DNA of 64,000 nt from Marsupella aquatica (lineage: Eukaryota > Plantae > Marchantiophyta): contig OZ316893.1 of the NCBI GenBank assembly GCA_973895155.1, positions 18,073,836 to 18,137,835 on the forward strand. The letters run 5' to 3'. The notes beneath the pieces are model-generated. The model searched no databases, was not told where the DNA came from, and worked only from the letters and a program-made list of their open reading frames with translations. Made by a program: the position numbers and the translations under genes. Each line of letters starts with the position of its first letter. Within the stretch, counting starts at the first letter, position 1. This document shows, one piece after another, positions 10,601-22,487 of the stretch.

Positions 10601-12408
10601 CAGCCACAATAGTCGAGCCCAAGACCTATCAGTCTCTACTCAAGTGAGCTATTGTGCGCTTCCTTAAAGGTGTCACAGAGGACTGTTAGTTAAATATAGC
10701 TCCACTTTGTGTGTAATTTCAGTGTAGGAAGTCTTTAGGCCTTAGTCAAATTTGATAGAAGATTGAGTGAGAAGTTAATAGTGATAGATTTAAGGTAGAG
10801 TAACAATTGCCCTTTGGTGACATTTTAATCAAATCTTTGTAGATCATGAAAAATTATGAATTTTTTGGGAATAGATAAATTTTAGAATAAGAAATCTACT
10901 CTAAAAATTTCAGACAAAACGAACATGTAATTCAAAAGTTAGGGTCAATCTTATCTCATGTGTTAACACTTTGCCTCTTTGACACTTAGACTAGTTTTTT
11001 GTTTTTCTTTGCGATTTATACTATATTGGCATCTTCCAGTATTTAATCAGTAGACTTAGATTAGTCCAAAAAGTCTGACAAGTTGCTAGAATAGAGATTA
11101 TATGTAGCAGAAGAAGCTGGAAAACTTTCAGCACTTTTGGAGTTAAGGTTACTTAGGGAGTTAAAAAATTGCCAAAGCTAGGAGTTTAGTCAAAACCGTG
11201 TCTACAATGGGGGTAATCAAATATAAACGGAAACTAGATGACCGAGGTATTCTAAAATTGGCCAGTAAGCAGGTCAAGCAGGGTACTCTAAAATCAACTA
11301 GGGTACTCTAATGTGGACAAGGGTAATCATATACACAAGCACCAATCCGCTATGCCCTATACAGACCTAGTCCTATACAATTCTATAGCGGAATTTAGTC
11401 GGAAAATGGCACTTAGGGTAAACTAGAATTGCCCAAGGTATTCTATTATGTTGGATACTCTAACAACATCGAGGGTATTCAAAAAGAAGGAAAGAAGAGG
11501 CAGACAGATGATAATCAAAGGAGTAAAGAAAATATAAAGAATTATTTTGTCGGTGACCAGCCTGATTGAGGCATGGAATGAGGTAGGAATAAAGACTCAA
11601 CCCACCATTGATTGGTGAGATATGGTGGTTGGGAAATTCACTGATTGCAAAGAGCATGGTTGAAGAGCCAGGTCAAATTGAAGGTGACAATGTCAACATC
11701 ACAAGTTGTCGAAGTGAAAATTGCAGAAAACTCGTAATAGGAAAACTCAGCAAAACCAAACAAATTCTAGCACCACATTTGTTCAACCAAACTGACTGAT
11801 ATTTTATGTGGAGATGGAAGGGAAGTAGACACACCTTTTGGTAAAGTATGAGAACCAACCAAAGTCTGGTTGGTGAGAGAAAAATCAGACAATACGATGG
11901 GTATGAAGTTGTCTATCTTTTGTTGCAAATCTGATTCCACACAATCAAGCACACGAATATTGTCGCAATCAATTGATTGGTGGAAAGATGGTGGTTGAAT
12001 AGTTGTGATTGTGAAACACATGATGTAGAAAGTAGTAGAATGGAAGGGCATATCAAAGTGGAGTTAGGAATTCAAGTCGCAAGTCGCTAAAACTAAAAAT
12101 CCCAAAATGATGAATTAGAGAAAATTAACGATGATAGATATTTTTAGTGCCACATTTTTGGTAGCACTAGGCGCTGCTGAAATCATGTGAATTACCTTGG
12201 CCTATATGTGTTCATTTTGACACAATAAATATCCCTGACACCCGCACTTACCGGGGCAAAAAGGACAAACTCTACATTTATGATTTCAATGGACACAATT
12301 CTATGTCGTATTCAAACGACTTTTATAACGGTCAGTCGTCTTCACGCATTAGTATAAGCATTCCATTTGGGAGGAATTCGCTTTGTTGATTCCTTCATTT
12401 TCTCCACA

Positions 12409-13062
12409 ATGTCTTGCTCAATTGTAATTACACGTGCTTGTACTGGAGACGTCGTCAAGATCCCCGTGCAAGTTTTTGATGCTTACAAGCAAGTTATTGA
12501 AACCTACCTTTGCAGGAGATTTGATTTGAGGATGAATGATATTGAGTCCATTGTTCCGCAGGAATCGACTAGTGGAGAACTTCAACGGGCTGCGGCATTC
12601 GATGTAGATGAGGGAGTACGCTTTTGGCATATGAATGTCAGGCTTAGTTACACGCTTAATGTCAGACGTGTCGCTCCGGAACCAGCAATTGGGAACATTC
12701 CTGTTGTTCTTGTTGACATATCTGACAGTGAAGATGGTGATGTTGCACCCACTCCTCCATCGTAGTACAAAGTTCCGGTTCCCGCTTTTGTTAAGGATGA
12801 GCCGGTGGCTACCTCCGGAGTTGGTCATAAAGTCTACCGGAGGAGTGCAATGGACGCCTTACTCAAGGCCACGGGACATAGTGAACTGTCAAGATTTATC
12901 TCAGCAGGGGACTTCCAGCATGAGCAAGTTCCTTGTTTGCCAGACAAGTACCACGGAAATGTTGTATTTGAACTGCCTCCCATTGAGGGAACGCTCTCCA
13001 AGGGATCTAGACTTTGTGACATGGACCGTGCCAAAGATTGTTACATTTTGTCCCACAACTGA
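12409..13062 (+). pseudogene. Unknown-function ORF, probably transposon-associated, with an internal stop; apparently truncated by the LINE
   Basis: ORFs 12367-12765 and 12805-13062 share one frame separated by a single TAG; VPCLPDKYHGNVVFELPP segment; coding character ends near 13060. Confidence 0.5.
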
Positions 13063-13964
13063 TGAAGTGGGGCTGAGAGAACTGGGAGAACTGACAGAGC
13101 TGTGAGAACTAGGGTTTGGGGTTTTTGGTGTTCCGGAGGGTGAGGCGTTCGATCTTTGTGTATTGTGTTATGTTTGTGATGATTATCGTGATAATGGCAA
13201 GGATTACTTCGGATTAAGACGACTTTGAATGGATTTGACCATCAGGATGATGATCCACGGACAAGCTATCTAAACTTTGCTTACTCTGACGCACGACGGA
13301 AGCTGACGCTGTAGATTCAAGCTTTTTCCCAAGGATTCTAACATCTGAATGACGGGAATGCATCTGGGAGCAGACAAGAAGTCCGACCGTGCTCGTGCTG
13401 TGGGCTGTTTCTCTGGGTAGGGTGAAATTGCGTCACAGTTGGAAGGAGCCGCGGGGCTAATCTCTCTGGCCTTTATGCTGAAAGCGCTTTCAACTTTACT
13501 GGCGTTCAAACAACGTTACGACATCTTTGATTGGGTAGTGCGGACACTGCCACTGGTGTACTGCATTGCATGCGATCACTAGTACTGGTTTATGTTGCAT
13601 ATTCCCTGAGGCGCTGCTCTTGCGGCTTCTCACTTTCTGCCTCCAATTCCTGGGGTGACTCTACCATCCCTACGGCTCACTCGGTGATTCTTGCAAAATT
13701 GGCTTGCTGGTGACTCCCTAGACCTCCTTTGGGGATCTCGGTGCTGGTCTCGTGCTGGTGGACATTCTCCTTTCTGGTGACCAGGATTCCAGGTGAGATA
13801 CTGTCCACATCCTGCGGTATTAATTTAGGTCTCCCTTTCACAAAGTTCATGCATTGGTGACTGGGAATCGCCTGCTTCGTCTTTGAGGTGCGTGCTCACT
13901 GTATCCCAGGTGCTGGACTGGTGCCCCCTGCCATTTACCTTTCTTCGATTTTGTCTCGATCAAC

Positions 13965-15917
13965 TTGATATCTATGTCGATATATCGGAGGAACACTTCG
14001 GGACACGGAGGACGCGGGGCTCTCATGGCGGGACCTGCCTTTCTACGCGACGGGGCTGCACAGAGGGATGCGGCACGGAGGGATGTGGAAGGAGGTGCTG
14101 GCCATTGGCATCATGTGGATACTGGTGGCCCTCGTGAGCGCGAGTTTTTTGCTCCTAGCAGGGGTGGTTATGTCAGCAATTTTTCGGGACAGGATGCCCG
14201 ATCCGATTTGATAAGAAACCAATGTCCACTTGATAGGGAGGCAATCACTGCTCTTCCCTCTGATCAACCATTGCAGAGTTGGTTCGGTTTGAAACCTTCT
14301 GGTGATAATGTTGATGGATTCGGAAGATGGGAAGCTCATCGTGCCCTTGACACTATTTCTATGGATGTTTTGGAAGGCCGTGAGCAGCCCTCCTACAGTG
14401 AAACCTTTCAAGATGACATTGGTGAACGATCTGGTAGGGAAGACATGAATGTGGACGGAGTGTCTGAGCAGGATCGCAGTGATCGCAGCCATTTTCACTC
14501 AGCTGGTCCTCCAACTTTGGGTGCAACGGGAGAGGGCGTGCAATCCTCAGTTGAGGCAAGGGCGGAGGAAGCTGAGGCTTGCATTCCACTTTTAAGAAGG
14601 ATCTCAGATCTCACAATACAAAATTGGCCCTCCCAGCTTCACACTACAATTACTTGGTCCCTTGAAGAGGCGGCTGAGACTGTTCGGGGGCTATTCAACT
14701 GCTCAATGATGTGTTATTTCACTGATCGTGCACCTATGCTTCCGACGTTTAAATTCTGGGTGGAGAAGACTTTTGTTAACGAAAGGAAGTGGCCAGTAAC
14801 ACAAGTGAAATTCGTGGGGAAGAGCTTCTACATGGTGGCCTTCAAAAATCCTGAGCACCGGGACCTGGCTTTGGCAGAGGCACCCTGGTTTCTGGAACGG
14901 AAGTATGTTTTTACCTTCCCCTGGGACCCGTCCTTTGATATCATGAATGAGTCCTACACTCTCTTACCTGTTTGGATTGAAATCCCTTTTCGCGCACTGC
15001 TATTGGAACCCTGTCGTCGGAAGCTGGCTGCTTCTCTGGGAGATATTTTGCATTATATTCAGGGCGATGATTTAAGCTCCTACCCCCATGATCGTGTTTG
15101 TATACTCTCGGACACTCAGCGGGAGGTCCCGCGCAGTGTTGAAGTCCAAATTCAGGCTGATCTCTCCATCTGGCAACCAGTCATTTTCAAAAATATACCC
15201 TTCCACTGTTTTATCTGTAATCGCAAAGGCCACTTGGCCAGGGATTGTCGATCACACGAGGAGCAGGCACAGGAGGCCCCCCTGGCCGCTCCTCCTCTTA
15301 ATACTGATCAGGGTGAGGTTATCCCTGTGGAAATTGTTACTGCTGTTGACATACCTGCCCCTCTTGAGTCTGAAACCATGGCGGCTCCTTCTCCTCTCGA
15401 GGGCATCCTCGGAACTACGACTACTGCTGAGCATGATCCTGGAGGGAGCTCTTTATTTGGCATTGCACCGGTGCTGGCTATTGATTCCTGGCCAGTTGTG
15501 ATTGCATCGGCGGTGGATGAATCTGCTGAATTGGGTCCCCAAAACCCTCTGGTTAACTCTGTTTCTATGGAGAACGAGGTTCCTAGGATTTTTCAAGATC
15601 TACAGGCTATGAATGACGAGCCTAAGCTTCTGTTGGCAGCACCTGAGATTACTTTGATGCCGTCTAGGGAACTTGAACCCCCTTTGGCACCTTTGCCTGC
15701 CGAAGGAACTCAACTGGTTGCTATTGGGGAGGGATCTGAGGAAATGGTGGACGACCCCTCTAGCTCTGAAATACCTTATGATATGGAGCTATCCGAATAT
15801 GAGGGATTTATATCCCGCTCTGCTCAAAAGAAACACCGAGCTCGTAAACTGGCACGCAGATCCCCACCTGAAGAGAAAAGGAAGGATAAAGGCAAAAAGA
15901 AAGCCAAGAATCAATGA
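13965..15917 (+). CDS. L1 ORF1 protein (DUF4283-like region + CCHC zinc knuckle)
   Basis: ALAEAPWFL..FPWDPSF..LPVWIEIP and CFICNRKGHLARDC are typical of plant L1 ORF1; start codon uncertain. Confidence 0.88.
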   Translation: MISMSIYRRNTSGHGGRGALMAGPAFLRDGAAQRDAARRDVEGGAGHWHHVDTGGPREREFFAPSRGGYVSNFSGQDARSDLIRNQCPLDREAITALPSDQPLQSWFGLKPSGDNVDGFGRWEAHRALDTISMDVLEGREQPSYSETFQDDIGERSGREDMNVDGVSEQDRSDRSHFHSAGPPTLGATGEGVQSSVEARAEEAEACIPLLRRISDLTIQNWPSQLHTTITWSLEEAAETVRGLFNCSMMCYFTDRAPMLPTFKFWVEKTFVNERKWPVTQVKFVGKSFYMVAFKNPEHRDLALAEAPWFLERKYVFTFPWDPSFDIMNESYTLLPVWIEIPFRALLLEPCRRKLAASLGDILHYIQGDDLSSYPHDRVCILSDTQREVPRSVEVQIQADLSIWQPVIFKNIPFHCFICNRKGHLARDCRSHEEQAQEAPLAAPPLNTDQGEVIPVEIVTAVDIPAPLESETMAAPSPLEGILGTTTTAEHDPGGSSLFGIAPVLAIDSWPVVIASAVDESAELGPQNPLVNSVSMENEVPRIFQDLQAMNDEPKLLLAAPEITLMPSRELEPPLAPLPAEGTQLVAIGEGSEEMVDDPSSSEIPYDMELSEYEGFISRSAQKKHRARKLARRSPPEEKRKDKGKKKAKNQ

Positions 15918-16207
15918 TCCTTACTTTTCTCCCCTGATTCTACTGTGCAGGATGCTGAGGGCTGGGTGACTCCAGGACGGAAGCTAACTCGGGAGCAAAA
16001 TCGCTCCAGCGCTGCGCTCTCTGTCCCTGTGGTGGAGGTGCAGCCTATTGCTAAACGGGATCCCCCGCCTATCCTTACGGGTGGTGCGGTGGGGGTGGTT
16101 GGTGGGAATGCTGCCCCCTCTGACCTGCTGAATATTGAGGCGTAATTTTGTCTATTTGTTGCTTCTCCTGAAGCTGCTTTGCTGGCCCCCTGGAGAAGTG
16201 GAGTGAT

Positions 16208-19200
16208 ATGACACTCCTCAATTTTGCATCGTGGAATGTCTGCGGCTTATGTAATCCGGATAGAAAGCATGTGGTGTTGAAATGGGCTTCTTCAATCCGA
16301 CCTCCGCTCGACGCCCTGGCTTTGCAGGAAGTAAAGGCTGATGAATTTCGATTGGATAATGCATTGAAGACCATCCTACCCGATTATCAGCATTTTTACT
16401 CGGCCCCCGTTGACGGCAGGGGAGGCACAGCTATTTTACTGCACCCATCACTTAAGGTATTGTCATCAGGTACGCTGGACCTAGGCAGAGCGGTTTGGGC
16501 CCAGCTAGAACACGCCGAGGGAACCTTTGGGCTGATCAGTGTGTACGCGCCCAACTCTCCAGGAGAACGAGCAATTCTCTGGAATGATTTGAAAAACGAA
16601 TTACCTCAGGGTCGATGGGTGTTCACTGGAGATTTTAACATGACTGAGCTCCGATGTGATTCCACTGGCTTGACCCCGTTGATCCGCGGGAGGGAATTGG
16701 AATTCTGGAGGTTTCTAAAGGTTCGACTTGACCTGCAAGACGCACTCTCTATTCTTGGTCAGGTATCGGGATCCAGGTTTACCTGGCGCCGGATTCGTAA
16801 CGGCGTGTTGACTCAATCCCGCCTTGATAGGTTCTATTTCAGTGAGAAAGGCCAGTGGACGGAGGAACTGGTGGAACTCAAACATGATGGCACATCGGCA
16901 CTATCGGACCATGACCCTGTGCTGATCTCTTTCCGCATTGCCCCCTTGCTCACGTTTGCTTCTGATCAACGATGCACTTCTTACTTCAAAGCTAACCCTG
17001 CTGTGGTGAGGAACTCTACAAACTTGGGACTTCTGGAGGCTGCCTGGATTGGAGATGCCGCTCCCCTTGCTGAACCTCATCTGCGCTTTTCTTTGGCATA
17101 TCAGCGTCTCCGCCAATGCTACATGACGCTACAATCTTCACCACTGCCCAAGGCTGCAGAGGCTGCACTACTGCGTGACAAACTTTGACTTCTAAAGGTA
17201 ACCATTATGGAGGACTACTCCACTGACAGTATCACAAAGTTTATGGATACTGAAGATAATGTACGTTCAATGGAACTTGAAGATGCTCACCACTGTCGCC
17301 GGCTATCTAGGATTAAATGGTTGGGCCAAGGCGACGAACCCTCTAAGTTCTATTTCTCCACTATTAAGGCCAAACGGCTTAGAGAAAAGATGGAATATCT
17401 TGTGGTTGATGATGGCACGGAATTAAGGGAGGAGCGACTCATTGTTGGAGAGGTACAATGTTTTTGTGCGGAGCTGTACTCACCGCCATTACTGGAAGGA
17501 GAAGAATTGAGGAAGCGGAGAACAACACGCAGGACTCTGAGTAGGAACGCACATTTTGCCCCTACTGCGGCTGAGGTTAGAATGCTTGAAGAGCTGCCTT
17601 CTATACGTGAATTGCACGACACTTTGTTACTTCTTCCCAGTGACAAAGCTCCTGGTATTGATGGCATGACTGCGGAGACCTTCAGGGCTTGCTGGGAATT
17701 CATGAAGACTGACTTTCATGACATGATCTGTGATTTCTGGAGGACAGGACATCTAGCTTTCAACATCAAAGATGGGGTTATTCGTTTTATTCCTAAGAAA
17801 ACTGATAAGCGAAGACTGGGGGACTGGAGAGCATTAACCATGTTAACTATTGTGTACAAGCTCTTGGCTAAGCTGCTAGCCCTTTGTCTAAAAATGTTAC
17901 TACCTAAGCTGATCTGTCCACAACAGACAGGCTTTATCCCTGGGCGGCACATTCTGGAAAATATCTCTCTCACCTGGCTGGTTAAAGACTGGATTAACTT
18001 CACTAGGACCCCGGCTCTTTTCTTGAAACTGGATTTTGAGAAGGCCTTTGACAGAGTGGATCACTCTTACATATGGGAAACTATGAACCTGTTAGGCCTC
18101 GGCTCACATTTTATTTTTCTAGTAAAGTCTCTGATCAGCAATGCCTGCTCTAAGGCTCTCGGCAATGGCATCTGGACTGAGGATGTGAAGATGTCCAGGG
18201 GTGTGAGACAAGGCTGCCCTCTCTCACCTCTTCTCTTTGTCATATCTACACAGCCCTTGATGGATTTTCTTACAGCGGAGATTAATGCTGGTAGATTACA
18301 GGGTTTGCAGATCTCCAGTTCTCTACACATATGTTTTAGACTTTTTGCGGATGACTTAGGGTTGTTCATCCCGGCCTCAGCAGCCGCTTTGAGCAAGCCA
18401 GGAGTGCTCTCACTTGCTACGAAGATGCCACAGGTGCTAAATTGAACTTAAACAAGTCAGTTGTTATTCCCCTTGCTGTGGAGGTGATCCCGAGCTGGCT
18501 TCTAGCTACTGGATGTCTGATTAGTGAAAGAGGAGTGGTACAGAAATATTTGGGTGCTCCCTTTGGCTTGGATCTTACTGAAGCACAGTTGCATGACTTT
18601 TGCCTTGACCGGATTGGAGCCAGACTCTCATCTTGGTGTACCCATTTTCTATCTTTCACTGAAAGGGTGCTGTTGATCAAACATGTTTTACTTGCCATTC
18701 CTGTATATCACATGATGTTTCTGCGATCCTTTGCTTCTCTGGCAAAGAAGCTGATTGCACTCAGTAGTGTTTTTCTTTGGGGGATTAACAAACAGGGGGG
18801 GAAGCGAATTCCACTGGTGGCCTGGGCGAAGCTGGCACGACCTAAGGTGGATGGTGGCCTGGGATTGAAGGACTTTCGTAGTCATTCTGATGCTCTACTA
18901 AGTAAATGGTTTACTGGGGCGCTTGATAGACCGGAATCAGAATGGGCCAGGATGTATGCGGAGAATCTAAAGCTAACTAAGTGGCGCAACTATAAGACGG
19001 TATGCAGGAACAACTACTCGATGAAGGATAAGGTCCTGCTCAGTACTCCTCGCTCATTTGGGAAGCTCTGTTATACTGGCCAGCTTTGGTGTGCTTGGAC
19101 CTTGATTCGGGAGAACCTGGTCCTTTGTCTTGGCACTGCGGCCATCCCCGGACACTGGGGGATTGAAGATGTTTTGCGCTGTCTATTGGATTTTTACACT

Positions 19201-20130
19201 CTCCCTGAGGCCAACATTTTGGGTGTAGTTAAGATCTGTGGAAGGCTGGGTGTCAGGAAAGTCAACAATTTGTGGTTTGCTCTGAATAATCAATGGATGG
19301 ATATGAATGAGAAGATGCTCAGACTGAGGGGTCTACCGGAAGACGATAGGAGATTTTGTCTATCCTTTATTGCCACTCTTCACAGATCTATCTGCAGAGA
19401 AACAACTGGGGACTCAGGAGCAAGACTATGGAGATGGATCGATAAGGACAGTGTGCCCCTGACTAAATTTGGGCTTCCCAATCTCAGGGTGTTTGAGTTG
19501 CTAAGACCCAAGGGATCTGATTTCTGCAGGCTTAACAGGATCTGGAATGTGAACTTGCTTGAGATTGAATGGTGTAAGGTCTGGCAGGTTATATGGACTG
19601 CAGATCTATCCACTCGTGCCCGAACCTTCTTATGGCGCATCCTTGCCCAGGGTTTATTTTCTGGCTCCAAAGCTCTGAGGATTGGGAAGTCTGATGGGGT
19701 ATGTACACTCTGCTCCGGTGTGGTGGAGACTATCCCGCACATTTTCTTTGACTGCCGCCATGCAGGGGCTTGCTGGCTGGTAATGCAGGGCTGGCTGAAT
19801 GGGAGATTATTTAACCGGGCCCTTGGGTTGGTGCATCTCCTGTTGTCGATGCAGGGGAAGACCCCTCTGCATACGTTACAGGTTTTCTTGATGTACCAAA
19901 CTTTGTGGTCCCTGTGGCTTGCCAGGAATGGCCAGACGTTTGATCGGACCAGACACCGCGTTTTTGATCAGATTAATATCTGCACGGAGACTATTGATCA
20001 CCTGTTGGCTGTGGCTGCTTCATCTTGCTCTGGCCGTAAGATTGGGCGGCTTTCCCAGGCTAGGACTATGGTGGAGGCAGAGCAACGTAGGCTACTTAGG
20101 GGTAGGGTACAGAAACTAACATCCCAATGA
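16208..20130 (+). pseudogene. L1 ORF2 (APE endonuclease, RT, zf-RVT) with one in-frame stop (17186-17188) and one frameshift (~18390-18440)
   Basis: SWNVCGL, LQEVK, VYAPN, GDFN, SRLDRFY, SDHDP; KAPGIDG, KLDFEKAFDRV, GVRQGCPLSPLLF, LFADD, YLG; CTLC..ETIPHIFFDC. Confidence 0.95.
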
Positions 20131-20833
20131 CCAGTGAATCTGACAGGATCATGACGGTGAATGATCTTCACCTAATGTAGGGACCCATTTAGATACTTTG
20201 ATGCTCTGTTGTTCATATGATGATTTAATCATATGCTGATTTGGCTGAACACTGTAGCATGGAGTATTAAGATTATTGCTTAGCTCCTGAATTGGCTCGG
20301 GATTGGTCTTGTGGTGTTGTTCCCCTCTAGTATGCAAGGTGCATCTGTTGTTGTCCTTTTTGGCCTTGTGGCCCTTTTGCCTTGGGCCTGCTGGTTCCCT
20401 CATCCGTGGGGTTCACGCGGAATAAAGATGAAATTAAAACAAAAAACAAAAAAAAACAAAAAAAAACGATGATAGATATTTTCAGTGCCACATTTGCTTC
20501 ACCAAATTGGCTGATTGTTTTTGTGGAGTTAGAAGGGAAGTAGACGCACCTTTTGGGAAAGTATGAGCACCAACCAAGGTCTGGTTGGTGAGAGAGAATT
20601 TGAACGGTGGAGGTAGGTCTGCAACTTCTAATTTTTCTTCGCGAATTTGATTCTATGATTTGAAGCACGTGGACTAAAGTTGAATGGAAATAGGAGATTG
20701 ATTATGAGCTAGTAAGAGAGAAGAATACTCAACCCATAGTGAGAATTTGATTGGAGTGGCTGAAAATATTTAAGTGTTAGGAGATAGATGCCTTGTTGCT
20801 TAGTGGAAACTCTACTTTTTCCGTCAAGGCCCA

Positions 20834-22006
20834 TTGATAGGCCAGATTCAGAGTGCCTTTGAAAAGATTCGTCGTGAGAAGAAAGTCCACACGAAGCTGG
20901 AGTACTGGAGCTACTACCGTGATCAATTGCCCAAGGAGGAGGGAGATTTTCTCATTGGAGCCCGAGACTCAATCATCTTTGGGGGAATTTGTTGTGAAGA
21001 GGAACCAGACTGGTCCCAAATTTTCTTTGATGACTTTTATGCGTTCTGGAACTACAGTAAGAAGTGGGACAAAGACTTCACAGTCTTGCCTTTGAAGGCC
21101 CCTACTGGGAACAACAAAGACCAATCAAAGGGGAAAGAGAAGCTCGATGAATCCATTGTTGATGTCAAAGTTTTGGAGAAGATGGCCCCATCTTATGAGA
21201 TGGTCGGTCGGCGTGGTGGCTTTGTAAATCCGAGAGCAAAGCCTTTGCGAATGACAAAGCGTCTTGTGGATTATTTCTCGTGCCCAGGTCATACAATGTT
21301 GGATTTCTTCTCTGGAGGACAGACATTGAAAGCTTGTGTCATTCTTGGTCGGGATTGTTTTGTGTATTCGGACACAGCTCAAGAGATGGAATTCACAGAA
21401 GCCTTTGCTCAGCTCCTTCATGACAACAAGCAGGTTTTATATGTGCCACCCAAGGAGCCGTTACCATCTGAGGAAATTACTGTCGGTCCCCTCGTTGTAA
21501 TAGAAGAGGCGGCCTTAGACATAGCTCCGGTGGAAGCCAGTGTTTATGAGGAAGTATTTGCGGAGAATTTAGAGCATCGCAAAATGGAGGGCCCAAAAGT
21601 CACAAGCTACATGGAAGAGGAGGGTGAAATACTGCCTGAATTTGGAAATGATGCTCGAGATGATCTCGACGTTCCAGGTGTTCCTTCATCGGGTGACCTT
21701 GGGGATGCACAACGTGAACAACAGTCTTCAACCTTGGATGTTGGCTGGGAATCCACCTTGCAGGATGCAATTAGCCAACCAATTCCAAGCCCTCCTCAAC
21801 TGGATGAGATTTTCTCTACTAAGAAAGCTAGTGGCTGCCATACTCCCCCTCAGGACAAGGCAGGTGCATCGTCCTCTCCCTTGGACCAAATGTTTTGCGC
21901 TTTAGAGAATAAGCTTGTTTTCACAGATTCTTCTACTGGAAGCCCCGTAATTCTTCCTTTTGTTAGGAAACCGGGGACTGAAATTGGTAGAACTGGTTAC
22001 AAATAA
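20834..22006 (+). pseudogene. ORF containing the C-terminal (SAM-binding) half of an N4C/N6A DNA-methyltransferase-like domain
   Basis: VNPRAKPLRMTKRLVDYFSCPGHTMLDFFSGGQTLKACVILGR parallels the beta-class pattern HPTQKP..L..RLI...S.PG..VLDPF.GSGTT..A...LGR; no (S/D)PPY motif present; degenerate coding sequence continues to about 22412. Confidence 0.62.
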
Positions 22007-22487
22007 CTCAAAGCAAGTGCTACTCATTATGTTTGGACTGATGGACCGTCAAAAGGTCAACAAGTCAGTATAGAGCAGTCTGAGAAGATTATTCGATCTA
22101 GAAAGTATAGGAAGGATAAGTTCAAATTAGTGCCAGTTTGGTCTGAGCCAGCTCTTGTTGAGACCCTTCCCGGAGGGATAAATTTGGACATCCAAAACCA
22201 ACTAGGAGATAACCTTCTAGATGAATTTGGGTCTTTCAGCACGTGAGGTTGAAACCCAAGTTAGTTTGAACAGTCCTGAAATTCAGCCGTCTAAATTATT
22301 ATGTCTACCTTCACAGAAATAGGTGGGCCCTTACCAGTTGTGGAGTGCGTCGACAATAATCTCCAAAGATGTCCTGAGATTTCTTCAACTACTGACCTTC
22401 AAGCAACAATAGGTATGACGTTGACTGTTGTTCATTCACTTGTGATGCTCGAGATCGTCTCAAGCATTCCTTTGTTTTATCTCTCAC

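Larger units (their letters stand above)
13060..20466 (+). mobile_element. Near full-length L1-clade LINE; 5' boundary approximate
   Basis: ORF1, ORF2, 3' UTR, AATAAA at 20421 and an A-rich tail at 20436-20466. Confidence 0.92.

Noticed and set aside
13059-13100. CTGATGA as a hammerhead ribozyme core at the LINE 5' end
   Set aside because: No stem II followed by GAAA could be built.
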